NCBI RefSeq assembly: GCF_963921235.1
Contig: NC_086097.1
Location: forward strand, 26,476,001 to 26,540,000
Direction: 5' to 3'
Source of the DNA: Mobula hypostoma
Taxonomy: Eukaryota
Length of the DNA: 64,000 nucleotides
Shown here: one piece after another, positions 38,895-50,609 of the stretch
Position numbering within the stretch: the first letter of the stretch is position 1
How the letters are laid out: the number at the start of each line of letters is the position of its first letter
Notes under the pieces: model-generated
Database searches by the model: none
The model's input: only the letters and a program-made list of their open reading frames with translations
What the model was told of the DNA's origin: nothing
Translations under genes and position numbers: made by a program

Positions 38895-38930
38895 AGTTGA
38901 TATTTCAGGCTGAGAGCCTTCATCAGAACT
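38895..38930 (-). ncRNA. Minimal type-I hammerhead ribozyme motif within a Penelope-derived short element (about 38798-38990)
   Basis: Minus strand: AGTT-CTGATGA-AGGCT(CTC)AGCCT-GAAA-TA-TC^AACT. 4-bp stem I, intact core, 5-bp stem II, palindromic ATAT stem III, AUC cleavage triplet. Confidence 0.72.
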
Positions 38931-40850
38931 GGAGAGGAAGGGGGGAAGAAGCCAGAATAAGAAGGTGGAGATAGAGGGAGGAGTACAAGCCGAAGGGAGC
39001 TAGGTTGTTGCGGGCAATGCCCATACAGTTCTGGAAATATCAACACACCATTAACAGCAGATGTTTTTCTGATGAGGAATGAGCTTAAACACTACCCTCA
39101 CCTCTCCATGTTCCTTCCCTCCCTTCTGACTTTCCAAACAAAAATCAAACTATTAAAACTGGGATGTTCTTCACAAAAGCTGCACTGACATGAAACGCTG
39201 ACTGTCCATGTCTCTCCTCTGATGTCGTCTGACCCACTGTGTTCCTAAGAGCTTTGTTTACAATTTCCTGTTAGAGCATCAATCCAATATATCAGAATGA
39301 ATCTGGTACAAGGATCACCAGGTTTTTAGCTGATGTACATCCCTTTGTTACTATTGTAGCATTCTTGTTGCATTTTGTGCTGCACAATAATGTGCAGTAT
39401 TCTCGTTTAATTGGGAATATAATTTTAAAAGATTTCATTAGCAGCAGGTCACAAGGACAGAACAGATGGCTGAAATATTTCATTAACCTCCAGTGTCCTG
39501 AGGAGTAAAAGAGCTTCTTCCTTCTGCCTGCCTTTGATCATAGTCAAAGTCAAAGTAAAGTTAGTATACCATCTTGAGATTCACTTTCTTGCAGGTCTTT
39601 ACAGAAAAATAAAATACAATAGAATTTACAAAACTATACATAAACAATGACTGACAAACAATTGTGCAGATTTTTTAAAAATACTGAGAACAAGAGTTGT
39701 AAAGAGTCTTTGAAAGTGAGTACTGGGGTAATAACTGTTCCTGAGCCTGGTGGTGTGGTACCTCCTATCTGATGGCAGTAGCAGGAAGAGAACATGGTGG
39801 GGGCCCTTGATGACGGAAGGTGATTTCTTGTGGCAGCGCTCCTTGTAAATGTGCTCACTGGTGGGGAGTGCTTTGCCTGTGACAGACCGGGCTGTATCCA
39901 CCACTTCCTGCAGATTTTTCCATTCCTGGCTATCGGCGTTTCCAAACCAGGCTATGATGCAACCACTCAACTCAACTCCCATTATTGCTGATTTCATTAT
40001 GTTCTGAAGAAGTGCCAATATACTGTAACAGTTTATGTTGGAAAGTGAAGTTGGGAGGCTCCTTTACACAGAGACACAATGGGTTCAATGAACTCCTGTG
40101 CCTTAATTCTATTCTGTTGTTCTATCCCATCGGTGCTCCAGAGGCATTTATTAAAATTGGATCCAAAGGGACTAAACTGTATAGTGCTAATTCAAGCAGT
40201 TGAATAAATGTGAGAAGAGTGTTTCAACACTGCCAAACAGTCAAGTGACTGGGTAGTAAACAGGAATAATCATGATGCCATAAAGGCAGTATTTTCCTTA
40301 TACTGTCTTCACGGAAAGATTATACCAAAATCCTATTCTTTCATTCATAAAAAATTTACAAAAATTATCTTCCATATAGAAGTTACAGTATGGTTATTCT
40401 TTTAAATATAAAGATTAGCTTTCTTTGCCGCATGTACACTGAAACACAGTAAAATGTGTATTTTGCATCAATGGCCAACACAGTGTGCCGGGGCAGCCTG
40501 CAAGTGTCACCATGCTTCTGGGGCCAACATAGCATGCCCAAAAAGTACTTAGTAATGCTAACCAGTACGTCTTTGGAATGTGAGAGGAAACCAGAGCACG
40601 CCGTCACGGGAAGAATGTATAAACTACCTACAAACAGAACTGAACTGAACCCCGATCTTCAGATCAATCGCTGGTAGTGTAAAGTGTTACACTAACCACT
40701 ACACAACTGTGCCACACCTTAGCTTCTGATTAATATTTATTGATCATACATGCATTTTGGACTGCATTAAAGTTTACTGCAATGTTTCAATACTATGCTT
40801 AATCCACACTGAAGTCAAAGCAAACCAAATCTTTCCTCTAATTCTTAAAT

Positions 40851-42635
40851 CAGTGGTCCCCAACCATCGGGCCACAAGGAAACAATATGATTTGGCGATA
40901 TGAAACGATATGAGTCAACTGCACCTTTCCTCATTCCCCATCACGCCCACTGTTGAACTTGAACGCATGCGAGGTCATTACCTACGCGAGGTCATCAGTC
41001 GGTCATTAACCTACAATGAGTAAAAAGCAAACGTCGGTTGAGAGTTTCTTTGGAAGAGGTGGTAGGGGACATAAAAGGCCTAACGACGATGATAATACAG
41101 AGACAACTGAGACCGAGACTGCAAAAAAAAAGAAAGCTTCCTTCAACAGAAAATACGAGTCACACATAAAATATGGCTTTATTGTGACCGGTGACTCGCA
41201 TGCTCCAAGCCCCCTGTGTGTGATATGTGGAGACAAGCTGTCTAATGAGGCAATGAAGCCATTAAAACTGCTTTGGCACCTTCAGTCCAAGCACCCTGAA
41301 CTTGGAAATGGATGCAGAGCACAAATGCCTTCTCTTACACACTGAAGTCAGGTGGCTATCAAGGGGGAGAGCCCTGGCCAGGGTTTCTGAGTTAAGAGAG
41401 CAGCTACAGAGATTTCTTTCAGGAAAAAAGTCACCACTGGCAGCACACTTCAGTGACGAGGAGTGGATAGCAAAACTCGCTTATCTGTGTGACATCTTCA
41501 ACCTGCTCAATGAACTCAATTTGTCACTTCAGGGGAGAATGACAACTGTCTTCAAGTTGGCAGATAAAGTGTCTGCTTTCACAGCCAAACTGGAACTGTG
41601 GGGATAACGAGTGGACAGGGGCAAATTTGACATGTTCCCAACATTAGCTGGATTTTGGGAGAGACTGAAGCTGCATCATCCTTCTCACAGCTGGTCCACG
41701 ATCACCTATCTTCGCTGTCGACAGAATTCGAGCGTTACTTCCCAACCGCAAATGACCCAAGACGTGCAAAGGAATGGGTCCATGACCCATTTATGAATGT
41801 CCCCGGTGAATCATCCATGTCAGCATAGGAAGAAGATCAACTCCTCGAGCTTGCAAATGACAGTGGGCTGAAAAGTATGTTTGACATAACATCTCTGCCG
41901 GCATTCTGGATCAAAGTCAAGGCTGAATATCCTGAGATAGCCACGAAAACACTAAAAACACTGCTTCCATTTTCAACATCATATCTCTGCGAAGCGGGGT
42001 TTTCTGCAATGAATGCAATGAAAACTAAATTGCAGAATAGACTGGACATAAGGAACCCCCTTCGAGTATCGCTGTCTCCCATCACCCCTCAATGGGACCG
42101 TCTTGTTGCAGGGAAACAAGCCCAGGGCGCCCACTGATTCAGTGATATTGGTATGTTGCAATGATTTTATATGTTCATACGAGGAAAATATGCGCTGTGT
42201 GTTTAATATCTAAACATTACTTAAAATGTTATGATGCTATTGACTTATAAGTGACTTATAATTGACTTATCACTATATTCATGCGAGGAAAATACGTGCT
42301 GTGTGTTTAATATTAAATTCAGTGGATAAGCTCTTTTAGAAATGAATTTGAGTGTATTAGCCACTTATAAGTGACTTATAGTTGACTTATCACCTATATT
42401 CTGGTCATGATCAACAGCCACCACCGCCCCCCCATTGGCAGGTCCGCAAGAATATTGTCAGTATTTACTGGCATAATTTACATATTACTATTTAACTATT
42501 TATGGTTCTATTACTATTTATTATTTATGGTGCAACTGTAACGAAAACCAATTTCCCCCAGGATCAATAAAGTATGACTATGACTATGACTAATATTAAA
42601 CCGGTCCGCAGTGCAAAAAAGGTTGGGGACCCCTG
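40851..42635 (+). mobile_element. hAT (Buster/Charlie; MER1/Charlie3-like termini) transposon with internally deleted transposase
   Basis: TIRs CAGTGGTCCCCAACC and GGTTGGGGACCCCTG (14/15 match); 8-bp TSD TCTTAAAT/CCTTAAAT. BED finger (PLCVICG..SNEAMKP.KL..HL..KH), HTEVRWLSRG and LLPFSTSYLCEAGFS dimerisation motif. Confidence 0.93.
42468..42590 (+). mobile_element. LINE 3' tail ending AATAAAG(TATGAC)n inserted in the hAT element
   Basis: Same tail as the 50-bp insert at 55114-55163. Confidence 0.7.
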
Positions 42636-43040
42636 CCTTAAATAATATTTTATTCATGCATCAACAATGCAATGCCCAAATGAGAAATAAATCCAGTCTA
42701 TTTAGTAGAATGTCTTCAGTCAAAACAAGAAATGTCTACGATAATAGTTTTTTTTATATAAAGTCAATTATATTTAAATGCTCACCAGTGGAATTTTGTA
42801 CATGCCAATGAGACAGCTACACATACAGCTCGACGTGTGAAATAATCTGGCTTTAAAATTCTTCAATTCTTTTTAAATTTAGGTGATACCAAGCCAATAA
42901 TCCATTTTGCTCCTCTCTCCAGTTTTAGTGCGCTTGAATCGAATAAAAGAAAAATTTGAATGAAAATGAAAACACAGGACCTGGATATCTGCAACAGAAA
43001 ATGCTGGAATGTATGGGGAGGAACATCGGAGGTAGTTTAT

Positions 43041-43046
<6 letters not shown>

Positions 43047-43081
<35 letters not shown>
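43047..43081. repeat. (CA)n microsatellite
   Basis: About 17 uninterrupted CA units. Confidence 0.95.
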
Positions 43082-43085
<4 letters not shown>

Positions 43086-44827
43086 GTTAAATGTGTGGAA
43101 TGCGCTGTCAGGGGTCATGCTAGAAGAGGATAGGTTAGGGACATTTAAGAGACTCTTAGGTAGACACCTGGATGAAAGTAAAATGCAGGGCTAGGTATCT
43201 TGGAGTAGGTTAAAGGTCGACATAACATCACGGGCAGAACTGTGCTATTATGTTCTATGTTCTCTTTTCATGTACACTGTTTGGCCTACTGTGTGCATCC
43301 AGCATCTTCAGTTTTAGTAACAGTCTTCAAATAGGCTAGCCTACATTTTCATAAGAACAAAAGGTTGTTCTGAAAATGTAATCTAGCAAAACACCCAACA
43401 GGTTCCATGCTCACAAATCAGTCGGTTATGGGTTCATATTTCTCTTATTAACTCAAAGCGTTAACTCCAGACATGACACACCAATGGAGCATTGTAGGAG
43501 GGATGTAAAATCCCAACTACCATGTTCTGGATAAGATCCTGTATCCCTTCAACTGAATGTAAATAATCCTAAATCCTATGGCTCAGTTCCAAGTTCCTTT
43601 TTTTTTAAATTTAGAGACACAGCACAGTAACAGGCCCCTCTGGCCCAATGAGCCTGCACCACCCAATTATACCCATCTGGCTAATTAAACTATGAACACG
43701 TATGCCTTTGGACTGTGGGAGGAAACCAAAGCACCCAGAGGAAACCCACACAGTCATGGGGAGAGTGCACAAAGTCCTTAAGAGAGCAGCGGAATTGAAC
43801 CCGGATCGTTGTCGTCATAATAGCATTACGGGAACTGCTATGCTACTTAGAGGTCGTTCTGGTGAATCTCTATCCCTCACTCAACATTATAAAGTGCAAC
43901 ATATTATCCGGTCATTATCATGCTACTATTTGGGTCAACTTGCCATTCACAAAGCAGCTACTACTTTTCGCCATCCTTTATTATATCAATTTCACTCAAC
44001 AGCAGTTTTGGACACTGTAAAAAATGCTGAAACCGTGCAAATTCATACATTATGCATAGTCTAAGGCTGAAATGTACAACGTAGATCTGAATTTCAAATA
44101 GACTTGAATTGTAAACTATACTGTGAGGCAGCAAAGCTGCTCACAACACGTACTGTGCGCTTAGTCGAACGGGATTTGCTCAATATACCCAGCCGCTTAG
44201 CTTTGACAACATCAGACTACAGGAGCGCCGGCAGAACAAAGTAACATGTGCAACTCAACTGTTCTTTTGGTAGATCTGTGTAGGAGGGCAGTGTTAAAAA
44301 TGCACAGCAGTTGGCTGCAAGCCAAAACTGTCTGCAGCCGGAGAGAAAAAAGCAGCAAACACAGCAGCGACCATTTGACTTCGCCACTGTCAGCCTTCAA
44401 CTTTGGAGATGGCAGATCAATAAACACAACTTGAATTCAGAAAACAATCCTGTGGTAAAATGTTTTACAGGTGCAATGAAATCAAAACCTTTCCCCGTGA
44501 TGGCGTTTCTTTTCTCTTACAGACGTTTTGTTTTTGGATAAGGTTCACCTGCTTCTCACAATCTGCAGTTGGCAGCAAACATAACTATTAACTGCCAGGT
44601 GGTAGGACTGTATCATCCATTACTGGGAGTCTGGCCACAGTACAATTTGGCTTCCAAGTGATCCTATAGCTAAGAAAATTGCAGGATATAATGGACAAAA
44701 AGTGCAAAAGGAGATAAAGTTGAGACAGAAGACAAAAGGGAGGGCAAACATGCAAACATGAAGAACAGGATATGAAAAGCAGAATTTAACGGAAAACATA
44801 AAACACTTCAGCTCAGTACATGCCCTT

Positions 44828-45801
44828 AAGCCCACGATGAAACAAAGACAGGTGGAGGGACAGGACAGGTAGTGCTGAAGAAGCAAGGAGTTTGCAGAAA
44901 GATTTAAATGTTATGAGAGTGGGCAAAGAAGTGGCATATGGAACATAGTGTGGTCATGCACTTGCATAGAAGGAATAAAGGCGCAGACTACTATCTAAAT
45001 GGGGAGACAATTTAGAAATCAGATGTGCAAAGGGACTTGGGAGTCCTTGTGCGGGATTCCCTAAAGGTTAACTTGCAGGTTGAGTTGGTGGTAAGGAAGT
45101 CAAATGCAATGTTAACATTCATTTTGAGAGGGCCAGAGTATAAAAGTTAAGGATGTAATTTTGAGGCTTTATGAAGTATTAGTCAGACTGTACTCAAGAG
45201 AGTATTGTGAGCAGTTTTGGGCTCCTTATCTAAGAAAAGATGTGCTGGCATTGCTGAGAGTCCAGAGAAGATTCAAGAGAATGATCCTGGGAATGAAAGG
45301 GTTAATGTATGAGGAGCATTTGATGGCTCTGGGCCTGTACTCACTGAAGTTCAGAAGAATGAGAGGGGATTTCAATGAAACCTATCGACTATTGAAAGGC
45401 CTAGACAGAGTGGATGTGGAAAGTACGTTTCATATAGTTGGGGAGTATAGGACCAGAGCGAAGAACCTCAGAATAGATTGACATCCCTTCAGACTAGAGA
45501 TGAGGAGGAACTTCTTTAGCCAGAGAGTGGTGAATCTATGGAATTCATTGTCACAGATGGCTGTAGAGGCCGAGTTATTGGGTGTATTTAAAGCAGAGGT
45601 TGATAGGTTGTTGATTAGTAAGGATGTCAAAGGTTACAGGAAGAAGGCTGGGGAATGGGGTTGAAAGTGAAAATAACAAATATTTTGTTCTCCTTTACAC
45701 TTGTGTACTGCAAATGACATTAAAACAATCTTGAAACTTGAAATTAGCCAAGATTGAATGGCAGAACACTCACAATGGGCCAACTGGCCAAACTCTGCTC
45801 C
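44828..45801 (+). mobile_element. CR1 LINE 3' fragment
   Basis: EYCEQFWAPYLRKDVLAL.RVQRRF, RRMRGD and the CR1 3'UTR. Confidence 0.85.
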
Positions 45802-45803
45802 TA

Positions 45804-46336
45804 CACTCAGCGGTCACTTTATTAAGTACACCTGCACACCTGCTCATTAATGCAAATATCTAATCAGCCAATCATGTGGCAGCAACTCAATACATAAAAG
45901 CATGCAGACATGGTCAAGAGGTTCAGTTGTTATTGAGACCAAACATCAGAATTGGGAAAAAATGTGATCTAATTGGCTTTGACCATGGAAAGGTTGTTGA
46001 TGATTTGACTATCAATAACTGATCTCCTGGGATTTTCATGCACAACAACTCTAGAGCTTGCGGAGAATGGTGCGAACAACAAAAAGCATCCAGTGAATGG
46101 CAGTTCTGTGGGCAACAAACGGTCAGAGGAAAATGGCCAGACTGGTTTAAGTTGACAGGAAGGAGACAATAACTCAAATAACCACACGTTACAACAGCAG
46201 TGTTCAGAAGAGCATCTCTGAATGCACAACTTGTTGACCTTGAAGTGGATGGGCTACAGCAGCAGAAGACACGAACTTACACTCAGTGATCACTTTATTA
46301 AATACAGAAGATATCTAATAAAGTGTCAACTGAGTA
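45804..46336 (+). mobile_element. Non-autonomous Tc1 element with three TIR copies
   Basis: TA|CACTCAGCGGTCACTTTATTAAGTAC at the left end; decayed 'MGKKCDLSDFD.G' transposase start; ends CACTCAGTGATCACTTTATTA...TAATAAAGTGTCAACTGAGTA|TA. Confidence 0.85.
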
Positions 46337-46513
46337 TATGTCTTCTGATCTTACGGTCTTTTTAGATATTTACAATGTCTTTACCTCAAACAATTTCTGA
46401 AAACCAGATGGACAAATGCAGAAATCTTGCACGTTTATTTGCTTTTGTGATGAGAAAAGTTAGCACTGTATGTAAATAGATAAAAGGAGCAAATATTAAA
46501 AGCAGAAGCTTAC

Positions 46514-47065
46514 CTGACTCCTGTCCTTGTCTACTTTCTTGAAGCATTTATTCAAAGACAAATTGTGTCTAACAGAGTTTTTCCACCCAGTTGGAGCATT
46601 TACAAAATATGGGAAATGTTCTAGGATCCAGTTGTATATATCCTTAACAGGCAGGCGTTTGCTGGGCGAGTCCTCAATAGCCATAAATATCAGGCAGCTG
46701 AAGGAATAAGGTGGTTTGCAATTAGGGTTCTGCTTGGCGTCGTAGGGCTGGTCAGAATGAGCAGGGGATGGAGGGGTATCCTCATCAATGTCCTGAACAG
46801 GACTGACACTACGCAGTCCTGTGTCACCAAAACTTTTGAGGAGGTTCTTGCTCTCATGTAGCCAGTTCAGGTTTGTTAGCTCTTCATCCTCCATGGCCAC
46901 CTTCTCCAAACAGATGGTGGGCAAGCAACTGCTTGCTAAGTCCAACTCTTCAACCTCCTGCAGCGCCTTGGTCAGTGAACTCCCTGGGTAACACTGGCTC
47001 AGTCCACTCGAAACACTAATTCCTGAGCCTTCTGGCTTCTTGCTGGGAGGCATGACTGGACCCAT
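46514..47065 (-). CDS. FOXN3: Forkhead box N3 (CHES1), first coding exon (184 codons, N-terminus and most of the forkhead domain)
   Basis: Translation [26 protein letters not shown]...[19 protein letters not shown]...[68 protein letters not shown] matches vertebrate FOXN3 as I recall it (FOXN2 begins MGPVIGMTP). Phase-0 donor CAG|GTAAGC at 46514/46513. Confidence 0.97.
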
Positions 47066-47107
47066 TTAGACCGAGGTTCCTAATGGAAGCAAAACAAAAA
47101 AGTTAGG
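47066..47107 (-). other. FOXN3: FOXN3 3' splice site (branch point, polypyrimidine tract, AG) plus 14-nt 5'UTR part of the exon
   Basis: Minus strand reads cCTAACttttttgttttgcttccattAG|gaacctcggtctaaATG. Exon starts at 47079. An in-frame TAA immediately precedes the ATG. Confidence 0.9.
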
Positions 47108-47262
47108 CCAGATGCGTACATCATCAGTTAAGTGATTTCTCCTCCACCTCCCTTCTATGCCAATGAGCTGAAATAACTTTAGCTACAAATGGAACTTCAA
47201 ATCCCTTGAGCCTCTAAGCAGGAAAATTATATCATGGCTGACAGTAAAGTAATTTAGCTGCA

Positions 47263-47280
47263 GAGTTGCTATAGCAACTC
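47263..47280. promoter_or_regulatory. Perfect 18-bp palindrome containing an RFX X-box
   Basis: GAGTTGCTATAGCAACTC. The core GTTGCTATAGCAAC fits the RFX consensus GTNRCY-N2-RGYAAC and lies in non-repeat DNA about 185 bp from the exon acceptor. Confidence 0.5.
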
Positions 47281-49049
47281 GCTACTCTGTTTGTACTTAA
47301 TTTGCTTATTGCTAGTCTAGTCCCGCTGGGGTTTGACTAGCACTGTACCACTGAAACAAACTTGTAGCAGAACGTTTGAACACACAGCCGAGGTTAAAGG
47401 AAATATTAGAATATGGAGCAGCAAAAGGAAAATAAAAACAATGCAATGAAATAATACTGAATGGAGAGAATTTCCTTCAGCAATTTTACATGGCTAAATT
47501 TTACTTGCTATTTGGAAGGAGCTAGATAACAGGCTTGTTTGGGTTGATGTTCCAAACATACTCCAATGAATTTTAGTATTTGGCCAAGTAGCAAAAAGAA
47601 AATAAAAATTAGCTTTATATGTCACAGGTACATTGAGGTATACAGTGAAATGCACCATTTGTGTCAGATCAAATTAGCGAGGGTTGTGCTGGGAGCAGTC
47701 CGCAAGTGTTGCCGCATTCCTGGTGCCAACATTGCATGTCATCAGATAGCATCCATGGAAGAAAACAGACAGTGTTAGCTTCTGGTCAAGACTACTCTCT
47801 TGATCCAAAATGTCAACTATCCATTTCCCTCTATAGATGCCCCCTGATCCACTGAGTTCCCCGAGCATCTTGTGTGTTGCCCCAGAATGCAGCATCTAGT
47901 CTCTTTTGTTTCTAATTGTCCAAAAGACGCTTTCACATCCCTTTATGTCACAGCCAATGATGATGCACTTCTGAAGAGTCTGAAGTACTGCTGGCCATGC
48001 AGAACAGACAATCTGTGCAACAAATCAGTCTGATCACCCAGGTCGTGCATACCTGAACAGCAATTAATTGGATTAAGATTAGCTTAATTTGTCATACGTA
48101 CATCAAAACATACAGTGAAATGCATAATTTCAACAACCAACTCAGTCCGACAATGTGCTGGGGGCAGCCCACAAGTGTCACCGTGCTTCCGACACCAACA
48201 TAGCATGTCCATAATTTACTAATCCTAACCTGTACATCTTTGAATTGTGGGAGGAAATCCCAGGGTCACAGGAAAAACGTACAAACTGCTGACAGACAGT
48301 GGCAGGAATCACTGGCACTGCAAAGGGTTACCATATCCACCACCCGTTAAAGAATTCATGAGGAAGAGTACACGGAAAAAAATAAATACATATATTTATT
48401 TTTATAATAAATATGTCTCTGGAGACTTTGCTCCTGTACAAAAGAGGAACTAACCAATCCTTAACTACTGAAAAGTTTTCAATTTTCCTCAAAATCATCA
48501 CAAAAATAAGGAATGTAAAAGAGAAACGGTTCCTGGACAGCAAAGCAAATTTTTGCCATAGGAATCCATCATTCTTTTATTTCAAAATCTCTTCTGCGAT
48601 GAAGTTTTCAGTTACTGGTATGTGTTATCGGCCAAGTTGTTATCTGCCAAGAAAGATTATCTGTTAAATGTGAAACAGAAAACAAACGGTAACACTGTAT
48701 ATGCAATCTCAAAACCAACCAGCTTTCTTCCAGAAAGTCAACAACGCATTGTCTGGTCCCATGAACAAAAACAGATAGCACGATTCTGCTCTTGGCAAAA
48801 TAGAAGACTTTTCCAGACACCAGGAAACAGAACAGTTGAGTATTTAGCCATGTGGACATAGAGCCGAACACTGCAACTTAAGTTAAATGTGTTTATTTCT
48901 CTGCATTCACTTCAATGTACCCTGACAGATGGACCGTGTCCATAGTCCAAAACATTCCTATTTCTACCACTGAGGTATTCTGCTGGCAGTGCACATCATC
49001 TACAAAATTAACTGCAGTTAATCACCAAGACTATTTTAGAAGCATCTCC

Positions 49050-49680
49050 TAAACACAAACAAAATGCTAGAGGAACTCAGCAGGCCAGGCAGTATCCATG
49101 GAAAAAAGTACAGTTGACTTTTCAGGCCGAAATCCTTCGGCAGGATTGGAGAGAAAAGGCTGAGGAGTAGATTTAAAGGTGGGGGGAGGGAAGAGAGAAA
49201 CTCAAGGTGATGGGTGAAACCTGGAGGGAGAGGGATGAAGTTAAGAGCTGGGAAGTCGATTGGTGAAAGAGACAAAAGACCAGGAAAGAATGAAAAGTGG
49301 GGAGGAGTACCAGAAGGACGAGGTGGGCGGGCAAGGAGATAAGGTGAGAGAGGGAAAAGGGGATGGGAAATAGTGAAGGAGAGGGGGATGAGGGGCATTA
49401 CCGGAAGTCTGAGAAATCGATGTTCATGCCATCAGGCTGGAGGCTACCTAAACGGAATATAAGGTGTCGTTCCTCTGACCTACGTGTGGCCTCATCGCAA
49501 CAGTGGAGGAGGCCATGGATAGACATATTGGAATGGGAATAGGAAGTGGAATTAAAATGGGTGGCCACTGGGAGATCCTGTATTTTCTGGTGGCCGGAGC
49601 ATAGGTGCTCGGTGAAGCGGTCTCCCAATCTGCATCAGGTCTCACCGATATACAGGAGGCCACACCAGGAGCACCGAACA
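49050..49680 (-). mobile_element. Penelope-like element 3' fragment (GIY-YIG C-terminus + terminal repeat)
   Basis: ORF 49398-49628 GDRFTEHL...PVATHFNS...LIFRLGSLQPDGMNIDF, plus a decayed hammerhead motif at about 49111-49148. Confidence 0.88.
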
Positions 49681-50609
49681 CAAAACACAAATCTTTCACC
49701 ACTGGGGAGGACAGGGCGATGTCATTGGCTGTACATCCACTTCCAAATGCGCATCATTCTCACAGAGTTATATCACCATTTGACTTTAAACCCTTAAAAC
49801 TCTTCACCAAGCAGCATAGTGAACTTCTTCATCAGGTCCACAGTATTCCAAAAGATTTCAACAATGCCTAGTTTCCAAAGCTATAAGTAAAAAAAAAGTG
49901 CAGACTATAACATGGCTTGGCAACAGCTCTGCCCATGACTGCAAGAAATCAGAGAGTTGTGGACACAGATCAGCATATTTCAGACCAGCCTTCCCTCTGC
50001 AGACTCTCTTTATACTTCTCACTGCCTCAGTAAAGCAGCCAGCAGAATCAAAGACCCCACCCACCCCGGACATTCTCTCAGGCAGAAGATACAAAACCCT
50101 GAAAGAATGTATCACTAAGCACAAACACAGCTTATACCTCACTGTTATTGGACTACTGAATGGTTTTTTTGTATGATTAGACTCTGACTTCAAAGTCCAT
50201 CATGTCAGGGCCCTTCCACCTTGTCTGCCTACACTGCACTTTCTCTGTAACTGTAACACTATATTCTGTGTTCTGTGCAACACACCCAAAATTCTGGAGG
50301 AACTTAGCATGTCTGGCAGCATCCATGGAGAGGAATAGGCAATCAACATTTTGTGTCGAGACGCTTCATCAGGACTGGAAAGGAAGGGGGCAGAAGTCAG
50401 AATAAGAAGGTGGGGGCGGGGAAGGAGTATAAACCGGCAGGTGATGGTGAGACCCCTTCCTTTCCAGTCCTATGAAGGGTTTCAGCCCAAAGTGTCGACT
50501 GTTTAATCCCCTCCAAAGAAAGCACCAAAGCTGTTTCCACAAGATGACTGTAAGGACAAGGTCAGTAACCCCTCCCAAGCCAACTTGAGGAACAAAATGA
50601 ATGCTGTAG

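Noticed and set aside
41016..42137. Domesticated ZBED5/SCAND3-like host gene
   Set aside because: It has frameshifts, stops and a large internal deletion, and is bounded by TIRs and a TSD, so it is a transposon copy.
1..46513. Next FOXN3 exon (expected to begin SIGKGSLW...)
   Set aside because: I could not find it by eye or in the ORF track. It probably lies beyond the window start, although a short exon could have been missed.
46496..47065. Single-exon 189-aa gene, processed pseudogene, or FOXN2
   Set aside because: Canonical splice sites lie at the positions expected for FOXN3 exon 2, the last five residues are intron read-through, and the N-terminus is FOXN3-type.
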